DNA from: Candidatus Fervidifonticultor sextus
Lineage (GTDB): Bacteria > Sysuimicrobiota > Sysuimicrobiia > Sysuimicrobiales > Humicultoraceae
DNA length: 48,860 nt
Reading direction: 5' to 3'
Assembly: GCA_031459875.1 (NCBI GenBank)
Contig: JAVKHQ010000021.1
Span: 1-48,860, forward strand
Shown: in pieces, positions 17,488 to 26,661 of the stretch
Layout of the letters: the number at the start of each line of letters is the position of its first letter
Position numbering within the stretch: position 1 is the stretch's first letter
Position numbers and translations under genes: made by a program
The notes under the pieces: generated by a model
What the model was told of the DNA's origin: nothing
The model's input: the letters and a program-made list of their open reading frames with translations, nothing else
Databases searched by the model: none

Positions 17488-17668
17488 ATGAGGGTGCTGG
17501 CATTGCTGGTAGCGGGCCTGATTGCTGCTGCGGTAGGCGACCGCTCGCCTCAGGGGCGACTGGGCGAGCGACATCGCCGCCTACGACAAGGTGCATGATC
17601 AGATCTTGAGGATGGCGGACATGCTCAGCCAGGGTATCACCCGCCAGTTCCCTGCGAAATTCCGGTAA
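17488..17668 (+). pseudogene. Internally deleted secreted helical protein
   Basis: Signal peptide MRVLALLVAGLIAAAVG is joined out of frame to TARLRGDWASDIAAYDKVHDQILRMADMLSQGITRQFPAKFR*, which I recognise as the C-terminus of a conserved family. Confidence 0.7.
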
Positions 17669-17751
17669 CGGGTGCGGGACCCGGGGGGGGTTCGCCGAAC
17701 TGACGGGCCCTACTCCCGGGGATCCGGTGTCCAGCACGGGCAGGAGACGCG

Positions 17752-18480
17752 ATGCCCAAACTGACGCTGCCGCTCACCGCACGCCGCGAAGTGGCGGAGG
17801 GAACCATGAGCTTTACGTTCAGCCTGGAAGGGCGGCACTATGCCTTCAGGCCGGGTCAATACAACATGGTCACCCTTTCCACCTTGCTCCATCAGGACGA
17901 GAAGGGGAACACCCGGCCCTTTTCGATCGCGTCCTCGCCCCGCGACCCCTTCATCCTCATCGCCACGAGAATGCGGGGAAGCGCCTTCAAGCGCACCCTC
18001 GCCGAAATCCCGCTGGGAACGCCGGTTGACTTCACCGGTCCGCTCGGTTCGTTCACATTGCCGCGGGACGCGACACGCCCCATCGTGCTCATCGCTGGCG
18101 GCATCGGGATCACGCCCTTCCGCAGCATGATCAAACATGCCACGGAACAGACCCTGCCGCATAAGCTGACGCTCCTGTATGCGAATCGGACCCCGCGGGA
18201 GGCGCCGTTCCTGGAAGAGTTCCAGGAATGGGAGCGGGAGAACCCCAACTTCACGTTCATTCCCACCATGACAAAGGCGGGGACTGTGGAGCCGAGATGG
18301 ACGGGGCGGACGGGATACATCGGTGCTGCGTTCTTGCGTGATGCGCTTGAAAACGTCGATCGGCCGGCCTTCTACGTAGCGGGACCGCCGGGCATGGTGG
18401 ACGGGGTGACGCGCGCGCTCGTCGATGCCGGCGCCGCAGAGGACCGGATCAGAACCGAGCAGTTCTCGGGATACGAATGA
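17752..18480 (+). CDS. Ferredoxin-NADP reductase-like FAD/NAD(P) oxidoreductase
   Basis: FRPGQY, RPFSIAS, GPLGSF, IAGGIGITPF, YVAGPPGMV and EQFSGY motifs. Confidence 0.92.
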   Translation: MPKLTLPLTARREVAEGTMSFTFSLEGRHYAFRPGQYNMVTLSTLLHQDEKGNTRPFSIASSPRDPFILIATRMRGSAFKRTLAEIPLGTPVDFTGPLGSFTLPRDATRPIVLIAGGIGITPFRSMIKHATEQTLPHKLTLLYANRTPREAPFLEEFQEWERENPNFTFIPTMTKAGTVEPRWTGRTGYIGAAFLRDALENVDRPAFYVAGPPGMVDGVTRALVDAGAAEDRIRTEQFSGYE

Positions 18481-18550
18481 ACGCTGCGCGGGCCCTCGGG
18501 GCACAAACGTCGTCGGGCCGCTGGGCGGAGGCGCCGACGCGCAGGCCGGA

Positions 18551-19048
18551 CTAGAAGACCCACGGAATCAGGCGTCTCGTCCGCGCGCGGTAGTCTGCAT
18601 ACTCGGGGAAGCGGTCCTGCAGGAAGCCTTCCTCCCGGACGGCCTTGGCATACAGGTAGCCGGCAAAGCCTCCTGCCAGGAGCAGGTGGAGCCCGCTTTC
18701 CTTCACCAGGGCCCATCCTACCGCCGCCAGGATCAGTCCGCCGTAAATGGGGTGTCGCGTATGCGCGTAGAGGCCGGTTTGGACCAGGACGGCCCGCCCC
18801 CGAGGCCTTGGCAACGCCGACAGGTTTGGGCCCAACTCCCGTACGGCCAGGGCCGCCAGACCCAGGCCGAGCAGGATGAGCACCCCGCCCGCTCCTCTCC
18901 AGAGCGGACGCCAGGGCCCGTCCCATGTCCACGCGGCCGGTACCACGACCAGCGCGGCCATCAGCACGCCCTGCCCGACGACCCACCATTCTCCCCGCGT
19001 GCCTGTCCACCACGGCGGCATGGTCGTGGAAGGGGGCTTGAGGTGCAT
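18551..19048 (-). CDS. Isoprenylcysteine carboxyl methyltransferase family membrane protein (start uncertain, 19048 or 19021)
   Basis: LVQTGLYAHTRHPIYGG and EEGFLQDRFPEYADYRARTRRLIP motifs. Confidence 0.88.
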   Translation of the reverse strand: MHLKPPSTTMPPWWTGTRGEWWVVGQGVLMAALVVVPAAWTWDGPWRPLWRGAGGVLILLGLGLAALAVRELGPNLSALPRPRGRAVLVQTGLYAHTRHPIYGGLILAAVGWALVKESGLHLLLAGGFAGYLYAKAVREEGFLQDRFPEYADYRARTRRLIPWVF

Positions 19049-19096
19049 CGGTGGGATTCTACCACGCCGGGGAGATGAGGAGGTCGCGTCGAAGGG

Positions 19097-20293
19097 GTGA
19101 TCCCGACGATGGTCACCGACCCCGCGGCCAACGTCACGGAGGCGGCCCTCCGCGCGCGGAAGGGCGACAAGTGGAGCAGGTATGGCGAAGACGTCCTCCC
19201 TGCATGGGTCGCCGATATGGATTTTCCGGCGCCCGATGCCGTGCGCGAGGTCCTGGCCTGGTCCGCCGAACACTCCGCCCTGGGCTACGGACGGCCGGAG
19301 GACGAGCAGGAGATGTTCCGGGCCGCGTCGCGGTGGCTTGCGACGCGCCACGGCTGGGAGCCTGCCCCCGAGTCCTTCGCCTCGCTGGGGAATCTGGTGC
19401 AGGGGCTATACCTGGCCGTCTGGGCCTTCACCGAGCCCGGCGAGGGGGTCATCGTCCAGACGCCGGTCTACCCGCCCTTCCTCACCAGCGTCGCCGCACT
19501 GGGCCGTCGGGTGGTGGAGAACCGGCTGATCGATGCGTGCGGGGCCGCCGCGGTGGATCTCGACGGCCTCCGCCGTGCCGCCGCCGATCCCCACACCAGG
19601 CTGTTGCTGCTGTGCAATCCGCACAACCCCTCGGGCCGTGTGCTGCGCCGCGACGAACTGAAGGCCATCGCGGCCATCGCCCTGGAGCGCGATCTGGTGG
19701 TTGTGTCTGACGAGATCTGGATGGACGTCGTCTATCCCGGCCACCGGCACATTCCTTTTGCCACGATCGGTCCCGAGGCGGCCGCGCGCAGCGTGACCCT
19801 GACCTCGGCCACCAAGACCTTCAACATCGCGGGGTTGCGCTGCGCCGTGGCCATCTTCGGCAGCCCCGCGCTCCGGGAACGGTTCTCGGCGCTGCCGCCC
19901 AAGATGTGGGGGGCACCCGGCGTGCTGGGCATCCGGGCGACGACGGCGGCGTGGACGGACGGCGGGCCCTGGCTCGATGCCGTCCTCCGCCAGCTGGACG
20001 CCAACCGGCAGGCCCTGGCGCAGTTCGTCCGGGAGCGCCTGCCCGGCGTCCGCCACCGAAGCCCTGAGGGGACGTACCTCGCCTGGCTCGACTTCTCGGC
20101 GCTGCCTCTGGACCGCCCGGCGGCCGCCTTCCTCCTCGATCGGGCCCGCGTGGCCCTCAACGATGGGGGTGAGTTCGGCGGCGATAGCCACTGCGCCCGG
20201 CTCAACTTCGCGACCGCGCCGGCGATCCTGTCGCAGATCTGCGAGCGGATCGCCCGGGCCCTCGACAGCCAGCGGGGCCGGGGGACTGGCTAG
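19097..20293 (+). CDS. MalY/PatB-family PLP C-S lyase
   Basis: WVADMDF, LCNPHNPSG, SDEIW, SATKTFNIAG (PLP Lys), EGTYLAWLD and RLNFA motifs. Confidence 0.93.
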   Translation: MIPTMVTDPAANVTEAALRARKGDKWSRYGEDVLPAWVADMDFPAPDAVREVLAWSAEHSALGYGRPEDEQEMFRAASRWLATRHGWEPAPESFASLGNLVQGLYLAVWAFTEPGEGVIVQTPVYPPFLTSVAALGRRVVENRLIDACGAAAVDLDGLRRAAADPHTRLLLLCNPHNPSGRVLRRDELKAIAAIALERDLVVVSDEIWMDVVYPGHRHIPFATIGPEAAARSVTLTSATKTFNIAGLRCAVAIFGSPALRERFSALPPKMWGAPGVLGIRATTAAWTDGGPWLDAVLRQLDANRQALAQFVRERLPGVRHRSPEGTYLAWLDFSALPLDRPAAAFLLDRARVALNDGGEFGGDSHCARLNFATAPAILSQICERIARALDSQRGRGTG

Positions 20294-21426
20294 CGGGATG
20301 CCGGGGCGGCCGGTCGCCGGCTTGCGGCGATCGCCTTGCTCACCATCCACCCCACCACAGCCAGGCCCGCCACGAACAGGACGAGGAAGAGACCCAGCGG
20401 GCCCCACTGGGGGTCTGTGCGTTCGGCCGTCACGTCGAGGAACCGGCGGAGTTCCGCGTTCTGCACGATCTGCCGGCTCAAGGCGTTGGCGGCCAGCACG
20501 CCGATCTGCGCTGCGCCCACTAGCACGGCGAGGGCAGGCGTGATTCCCCGGCGTCCGACCAGAAGCAGCAGCCAGGGGAGCCCGGGCGAGAGCGCGGTCG
20601 CAGCCGTCAGCACCACGAGCGGCCGGTCGAGCATCATCTGGCGGATCTCTGCCGGCCAGGTCCAGAACACGTACCACGATCCCGCCACCCCAACCCACGC
20701 GACGCCCAGCGTGTACAGCCGCCACCCGAACCCGGCGGCCCAGCGACGGTACGCGCTGGTCTCGCCCGCTGCGAAGAGACCGGCGTCCACCACGGCGTAG
20801 GCGGCGGTGGTGGTCAGCGCCAGCCCCAGGACCATCAGCCAACGAGGGAGCAACGTGGGATCGCCGGTATTGAGGGCCACCCCGAGCGGCGCACCGGCGA
20901 CGCTCGTCCGCTGCCAGAGCGCCGGCCAGGCCTCCACGCGGGTCATCAGGCTGAAGGCGTTGGAAAATACGAAACTGATGGCCACGAAGAGGATCGCGGC
21001 CGCCCACCCGGCGGCCTGCCGCCACGGCCCGAGCCGCCCGGTCCGAAGCCCGACCGCATAGAGGTACACGCCGTAGTAGGCCACCACCAGGGCCGCGATG
21101 ACCCCGAACCACGGCCAGGCCATCAGGATCGTCGCGGGATAGAACACCCTGGCGTAGGCCACCTGGGTGAACAGGAGGGGCACGATCCCGAAGTTGATCC
21201 CCAGGGCCAGGATGATCGGCATCTGGGCCATCATCCGGCCCGACCAGGTGCGGGCGTGCTCACCCCCCCGCCAGCGGAGCAGCATGGCCAGCAGCGTCCC
21301 GGCCAGCCACAGGTTCATCGGAACCAGGTGGAGCGTAAAGCCCAGCACCTTGAAGAAGGCCAGCACCCAGTAGGGCGCAGGGTACCCCAGCGGCGCGGGC
21401 GGTCCGATCAACTGGCCCGGATCCAT
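20290..21426 (-). CDS. Polytopic membrane partner of the cytochrome bd-like oxidase
   Basis: About 9-10 TM helices; FTLHLVPMN and INFGIVPLLFxQVxY motifs; directly downstream of the CydA-like gene. Confidence 0.75.
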   Translation of the reverse strand: MDPGQLIGPPAPLGYPAPYWVLAFFKVLGFTLHLVPMNLWLAGTLLAMLLRWRGGEHARTWSGRMMAQMPIILALGINFGIVPLLFTQVAYARVFYPATILMAWPWFGVIAALVVAYYGVYLYAVGLRTGRLGPWRQAAGWAAAILFVAISFVFSNAFSLMTRVEAWPALWQRTSVAGAPLGVALNTGDPTLLPRWLMVLGLALTTTAAYAVVDAGLFAAGETSAYRRWAAGFGWRLYTLGVAWVGVAGSWYVFWTWPAEIRQMMLDRPLVVLTAATALSPGLPWLLLLVGRRGITPALAVLVGAAQIGVLAANALSRQIVQNAELRRFLDVTAERTDPQWGPLGLFLVLFVAGLAVVGWMVSKAIAASRRPAAPASR

Positions 21427-21459
21427 CTCAGACTCCTGCTTCGCCCGCCTTGACTGTCC

Positions 21460-22836
21460 TCACGGGCCGGACTCGGGCTCCATGCCGCCGGGCCGGGGCC
21501 AGCGGATCGTTGACAGGTACCTGGTCAGCACCTCGGCCTCCTCCGCCGTCCCCACCCAGGGCGGCATGAAGAAGTTTGTCTCACTGAGGTGGTCGAGCAG
21601 GTGGCGGATCATCTCGGGCGTCCACCCCCGCGTCAGATGGCTGACGGCGGAGTAGCCGACGGTCGCGGCGTGGCAGTTGTTGCACTGATACTGGAAGATC
21701 ACCCGGCCGAGCCGGACCTGATCGGCCTCGGGCAGGTCGAGCAGCCGGCGCTCGTCGATGGCCGCGCCGTCCATCACCTGGGGATACTGGGATGTCACCA
21801 GCGCTCTGGTCCAGGTGCCGGTCTCCAGGTACCCCTGCCGTCGGGCCGCGGGTACCTGATCGACCAGCAGCTGGTTTCCCATGACGACGTTGTAGATGAT
21901 GTAGGGCTTGCGGACCGCCTCGCGGATGAACTCGCCGGTGCCAAACGCCGCCAGCCCCAGGGCGAAGAACAGGATGGCGAAGCCGGGCGACAGCCAGCCC
22001 GGGTGCCGGTACGGGCCCAGGTAGAGCATGATGAAGACCGCGATGGTGATGGCGAAGATGAGCACCATCATGAGGTTGAGCGAGGCGGCCGCGCTCAACG
22101 CGGCTCTGGCCGATTCCGGCAGGAAGGCGTACCAGCCCGCTCCGCCGGCGACCACGAGGATCGCACCCAGCAGCGCCGGCCGTGCCGAGCGGGCGGCGAT
22201 GAGGTCGCGCAGCGCGGGATCCGTGACCCGGAAGGCCGCGTGCAGGTACACGTAGAGCGACGCCAGCAGGAAGGCGCCGCCGGTGCGGGCCAGGACCTGG
22301 GGGACGAACTGCGGGTTGAAGAACGCCGCCCAGAAGGTCCGCCGCTCGGGCCAGGCGCCGGGGTGCAGCATGAAGGCGGTGATGCCGGTGATGATCACCA
22401 GGCTCATCCAGGCCGAGGCCGCGTAGATCCACCCCACGGCCTGGTGCGTCCTGGCGTCCAGGCGCCCCCAGCAGTAATAGAAGACGAACGCCGAGACGAT
22501 CTCCAGGACGAAGAAGACGTACTCCATGGCCCAGCCGAAAACGAAGATCTGGATGAGCATCCAGGTGGCCAGCGGCGAGGCCAGCCCGATGGTCCACCAG
22601 ATGCCCACCCCGGTGATGGCACCGTAGACGACCGTCACCAGGATGAAGAACCAGGCGTGGTCCCGGAGGTAGGCCAGGTAGGCGCGGTGGCCGGTGCGGT
22701 AAGCGTGAGCCGTCTCCAGGGCCAGGAACAGGCCGCCGCCCACGGCATAGTGTGCCACCAGCACGTGGAGAACCGCGACGATCGCGATGAGCATCGGCGC
22801 GGTCAGGAACGGGACGTACCACCAGGGGTAGTGCAT
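21460..22836 (-). CDS. Cytochrome bd subunit I-like protein with C-terminal cytochrome c domain
   Basis: LHVLVAHYAVGGG, GAITGVGIW, WAMEYVFFVLE and EFIREAVRKPY motifs; no Q-loop; CNNCH heme c motif followed by FMPP. Confidence 0.85.
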   Translation of the reverse strand: MHYPWWYVPFLTAPMLIAIVAVLHVLVAHYAVGGGLFLALETAHAYRTGHRAYLAYLRDHAWFFILVTVVYGAITGVGIWWTIGLASPLATWMLIQIFVFGWAMEYVFFVLEIVSAFVFYYCWGRLDARTHQAVGWIYAASAWMSLVIITGITAFMLHPGAWPERRTFWAAFFNPQFVPQVLARTGGAFLLASLYVYLHAAFRVTDPALRDLIAARSARPALLGAILVVAGGAGWYAFLPESARAALSAAASLNLMMVLIFAITIAVFIMLYLGPYRHPGWLSPGFAILFFALGLAAFGTGEFIREAVRKPYIIYNVVMGNQLLVDQVPAARRQGYLETGTWTRALVTSQYPQVMDGAAIDERRLLDLPEADQVRLGRVIFQYQCNNCHAATVGYSAVSHLTRGWTPEMIRHLLDHLSETNFFMPPWVGTAEEAEVLTRYLSTIRWPRPGGMEPESGP

Positions 22837-23012
22837 GTGCGTCCCTTCGCGCGTGGATCCTCTTCGTTTCCTTCCCCTGCCAGCGCCCGGTTCCCTTCGT
22901 CGGATTCACGCTCGTGGCGCTGGTCCTCAGCACGCCCTAGCGAAGCGGGGAGGAGTCCGCCACGAGCGGCGCCGCGTGGGCCGGGCTGTCCAGGTTCCTC
23001 CCCCGCGATGGG

Positions 23013-23861
23013 TTAGGTGCCGTCCAGCGGTTCCATGCGCCAGCCGTCGTCTGTGCGCACCGCCAGGTGCCGACACTCCACCTCCCGCAGCAGCACCTCC
23101 GCCCGGGCGTAGAAGTCCGTCACGCGCGATGGGGCGTGCGCGTCGGTGGTGACCACCAGCGGGATGCCCAAATCCAGGCACCGGCGCACGATCCACGGGC
23201 TCGGATACGGCTGCCGCGCCGCCTGCCGCCAGCCGTTGGTGTTGACCTCCACGACGATGCCGGCGCGCGCGCACGCCTGGAGCGTCGCCTCCACCTCACG
23301 CCGGTACCACGGCTCGTCCTCCCGGAAGTACCTGGCCTCCCGATTCCACATCTTGATGCGATCCAGGTGGCCGACGATGTCGGCGCGACCCCACGCCACC
23401 ATCCCGCGCACCCGCGCGTAGTACTCGCCGACCAGGCGCCGCACCTCGCCGCCGAAGAGGTCGCGCAACGCCCGCTCGAATGCGCGGCGCGAGAGGTCGT
23501 AGGCGGCAGGCACGCCGGCAGGGCCGGGGCCGAGGAAGTGCACCGATCCGATCATGTAGTCGAAGCGGTAGGCCGAGAACTCCCCCCACATCCGTTCGAC
23601 GTATTCGGGCAGGTAGTCGAACTCCAGCCCGAGGTGGATCCGGAGCCGGTCGCGGTGGGCGTCCTGGAGGCGTGCGATCTCCGCGCAGTAGGCCGGCAGG
23701 GCGTCCTGGCGCATGGCGGAGGGGTCGGGGAAGGGCAGCGGGCAGTGGCTGGTGACGCCCAGCGCCTCCAGGCCGGCGGCGAATGCGGCCTCCACGTACT
23801 CCGCGATCTCGCCTTTGCCGTCGCAGAAGCGGTTGTGGGTGTGGTAGCTGGTCCGCAGCAC
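23013..23861 (-). CDS. PHP-family histidinol-phosphatase (HisJ/HisK type)
   Basis: SYHTH, TSHCP, GLEFD, IGSVH, GHLD, EVNT and TDAH motifs; GTG overlaps the upstream TAG. Confidence 0.88.
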   Translation of the reverse strand: MLRTSYHTHNRFCDGKGEIAEYVEAAFAAGLEALGVTSHCPLPFPDPSAMRQDALPAYCAEIARLQDAHRDRLRIHLGLEFDYLPEYVERMWGEFSAYRFDYMIGSVHFLGPGPAGVPAAYDLSRRAFERALRDLFGGEVRRLVGEYYARVRGMVAWGRADIVGHLDRIKMWNREARYFREDEPWYRREVEATLQACARAGIVVEVNTNGWRQAARQPYPSPWIVRRCLDLGIPLVVTTDAHAPSRVTDFYARAEVLLREVECRHLAVRTDDGWRMEPLDGT

Positions 23862-24769
23862 TACGGCGACCCCAGGCGTTGGGCGCCCTCGACGTGCAGT
23901 GGTCCGGCAGGCGCCCGGAAGAGGTCGGCCAGGATCTCCAGCCCGCAGACGATGCGCGGGCCCGGCCGGCTGAAGTAGGCGCTCCCGTCGGCGAGGAAGA
24001 CCCGGCCGGTCCGGACCGCCGGCAGGTCGCGCCATCCAGGACGCCCGGCCAGCAGGGAACCCTCGGCCCGGGCCCGGGCGAGGTCGAAGCCGCACGGGGC
24101 GACCACGATGACCTCCGGGGCGTAGGCCACCACCCGCTCCCACTCGATCACGGTCGAGGCCCCGCCCGGGATTCCCAGGCCATCCCAGCCGCCGGCGATC
24201 TGGACCATCTCGGGCACCCAGTGGCCGGCGGCGAAGAGCGGATCCAGCCACTCGAGGCAGAGTACCCTCGGGCGAAGGCGCGGGAGAGGCCGGCGGCGGA
24301 CTTCCTCGATTCGGCCCCGCAACCTCGCCACCAGGTCGGCGGCCGCGCGGGCGGCGCCGGTCAGGCCGCCCACCACCAGGATCGTTTCCAGGATGTCCTC
24401 CAGGCTATGGGGGTCCAGCGAGACGATCTTCGTCCGTCCCTCCAGGACCTTGGCGGCGCGTCGGACGTCGCTGAAGGACGGCGCGCAGACCTGGCACAGT
24501 TCCTGGGTCAGGATCAGGTCGGGCTCGAGTCTGGCCAGGTGCCGGGCATCGAGGTGGTAGACGCTCTTGCCGCGGTGGACCTGTCGGCGGATGGCGGCGT
24601 CGATGTCGGCGCTGCGCATCTCGTCGGAGACGACGGCGTCGCTCAACACGCGCCTGGTTCGGACCTCCGGCGGGTAGTCGCAGTCGTGGGAGACGCCTAC
24701 CAGGGATTCGCCCAGGTCCAGGGCGCAGACGATCTCCGTGGCGCTGGGCAGCAGCGAGACGATCCTCAC
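23861..24769 (-). CDS. BtuF-like cobalamin/siderophore-binding protein without signal peptide
   Basis: MRIVSLLPSATEIV, VSHDCDYP, PDLILTQELCQVCA, LEWLDP and YFSRPGPR motifs; GTGA overlap with the MFS gene. Confidence 0.88.
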   Translation of the reverse strand: MRIVSLLPSATEIVCALDLGESLVGVSHDCDYPPEVRTRRVLSDAVVSDEMRSADIDAAIRRQVHRGKSVYHLDARHLARLEPDLILTQELCQVCAPSFSDVRRAAKVLEGRTKIVSLDPHSLEDILETILVVGGLTGAARAAADLVARLRGRIEEVRRRPLPRLRPRVLCLEWLDPLFAAGHWVPEMVQIAGGWDGLGIPGGASTVIEWERVVAYAPEVIVVAPCGFDLARARAEGSLLAGRPGWRDLPAVRTGRVFLADGSAYFSRPGPRIVCGLEILADLFRAPAGPLHVEGAQRLGSP

Positions 24770-26007
24770 CGGCGTTCCTCCGGCGGCCGTAGGTGTCGAA
24801 ACATGGCGAAGAGCACTAGGTCGTAGACGATCTTCAGGCCGCCACCCAGGACGAACGGGACGCCCAGTCCCGCGACCTGCATGACGACCCCGGCGATCAC
24901 CGGAGTGACGGCCTGGGCCACGTTGCGGGCGATATTCGTCACGCCCGCTGCGGCGACCCGCTCGTTCGGGTCCACGACCGCCACGACGTACGACTGCCGG
25001 GCAGGGACGTCCATCTGCGAGAGCGCGTGGCGTGCCAGCAGCAGGCCCACCGCCCACGCCAGCGACGGCGCCAGAGGGATCGCCATCAGCAGGACGTTGG
25101 ACGGCAGGTGGGTGAACACCATGGTGTTGATCAGGCCGATCCGCTCCGCGACGCGGGCGGCGGCCAGGAAGGAGGCGGCCTGCAGCAGGCCGACCCCCAG
25201 GAAGATCGGGCCCAACAGTTCCGGCCCGGCGCCCCACCGCAGGTGGAAGTAGAAGGCGATCAGGCCCTGCACCACGAAGCCGCCGGCAAGCGAGTCCAGG
25301 CCAAAGAGCGCGGCCAGCCGGAGGACGACCCCGCGGGACCGGCGCAGGCCGCCGACGCCTCCTGGTGCCGTCCCCTCGGTCCCGACCTCGACACGGCCGC
25401 TGAGGCGCCCGAACAGCCCCAGGACGATGGCGGCGCAGCCCGCGTAGGCCAGGAACATCACCCGGTATGCCGCCGGACCGCCCAGGCCCAGCCACCGTTC
25501 CAGCAGCGCCGGGAGGCCGGCGGCCAGCGCCCCGGCCGAACCGGCCAGGGCGCCGACCAGGTTGTAGAGCGAGAACAGACGCGTGCGGCGCGCTTCCGAT
25601 GCGGTCAGGGGCAGCATCGCCTGCTCGAGGGAGAGGAACGGGCCGACTTCACCCGACGTCGCCCCGACCGTGCCGGTCAGCGAGACCAGGAGGAGGAGGG
25701 GGTAGGACGTGCTGGAGGCAAAGGCCACCCCGCTGGCGGCCATGCACAGGGCGGAAATCTTCAGCATCCGGCGCCGGCCGTAGCGGTCAGCGGTGGCGGC
25801 GAACAGGGCGGTGAGCACGGCCGATCCCAGCAGCGTCGCGGTGAGCACGGCGCCGACCTGCCACGGCGCGAACCCGACCCCGGTCAGGTAGACGCCCAGC
25901 AGGACGGACTGGAAGCCGTAGGCGAACGTGCGGATGCCGCGGGCGGCCAGGATCAGGCGGCCGTCCATCGAGATCCACGATGGCGAGGCAGGCGCTACGG
26001 CCAGCAC
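24766..26007 (-). CDS. MFS transporter (alternative start 25968)
   Basis: ADRYGRRR motif A, GPFLSLEQA, NTMVFTHLPSN and SQMDVPARQSY motifs; about 12 TM. Confidence 0.92.
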   Translation of the reverse strand: MLAVAPASPSWISMDGRLILAARGIRTFAYGFQSVLLGVYLTGVGFAPWQVGAVLTATLLGSAVLTALFAATADRYGRRRMLKISALCMAASGVAFASSTSYPLLLLVSLTGTVGATSGEVGPFLSLEQAMLPLTASEARRTRLFSLYNLVGALAGSAGALAAGLPALLERWLGLGGPAAYRVMFLAYAGCAAIVLGLFGRLSGRVEVGTEGTAPGGVGGLRRSRGVVLRLAALFGLDSLAGGFVVQGLIAFYFHLRWGAGPELLGPIFLGVGLLQAASFLAAARVAERIGLINTMVFTHLPSNVLLMAIPLAPSLAWAVGLLLARHALSQMDVPARQSYVVAVVDPNERVAAAGVTNIARNVAQAVTPVIAGVVMQVAGLGVPFVLGGGLKIVYDLVLFAMFRHLRPPEERR

Positions 26008-26126
26008 GTCCCTACGTTCGGCGGGCGGCCCGCCCTCCCCTATGGCGGCCCGCCCGCCAGGACTCCACGGCGGAGTCGGGGCGGTCGTGGTATGCTTCCG
26101 CTTGATCCCGTCCCGAGGGGAGGGCC

Positions 26127-26561
26127 ATGAAGTGGGTCACGCGGGAGCGCGTCAAGGTCGATCGCGTCGCCTGCCCCTGGCTGATCAAGCACTTCATCGA
26201 TCCCGACGCCGAGTTCCTGTTCGTGCCGTCAGACCAGGTGACAGACGTCGCCCGTCGGACGGGCGCCATTCCCTACGATGTGGAAGGCGCGGAACTCGGG
26301 CACGTCGAGGGCCGCTGCTCCTTTGAGTCCATCATCCTGAAATACGGGTTGACGGATCCGGCGCTGGACTACCTGGCCAAGATCGTCCACGGGGCCGACA
26401 CGAAGGACGTCGACATCGTCCCCGAAGCCGCCGGATTGAAGGCGGTCGCCTTGGGGTTCAGCCTGCTCTATCCGGACGACGACCACCGCATCCTGGCCGA
26501 AGAGTTCCGCGTCTATGATGCGCTGTATGCCTGGTGCCGCCGGAAGGTGGGGACGGCCTGA
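26127..26561 (+). CDS. Chromate resistance ChrB-domain protein (stand-alone C-terminal domain)
   Basis: MKWVTRERxKVDRVACPWLIxxFIDxDAEF, CSFE, IVHGAD and YDALYAWC motifs. Confidence 0.9.
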   Translation: MKWVTRERVKVDRVACPWLIKHFIDPDAEFLFVPSDQVTDVARRTGAIPYDVEGAELGHVEGRCSFESIILKYGLTDPALDYLAKIVHGADTKDVDIVPEAAGLKAVALGFSLLYPDDDHRILAEEFRVYDALYAWCRRKVGTA

Positions 26562-26661
26562 CCCGCACCCGGCCGCCCCGCTCAGGGAGCCTCCCAGGGG
26601 GGAACCCGTCCCGCAGGCACGAACTCTGGGGTACCGGCCCTGTGGCGGGAGGTGAGCGACG

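Noticed and set aside
23861..26130. Cobalamin riboswitch upstream of the BtuF-like operon
   Set aside because: No B12-box or conserved core visible in the short intergenic region.
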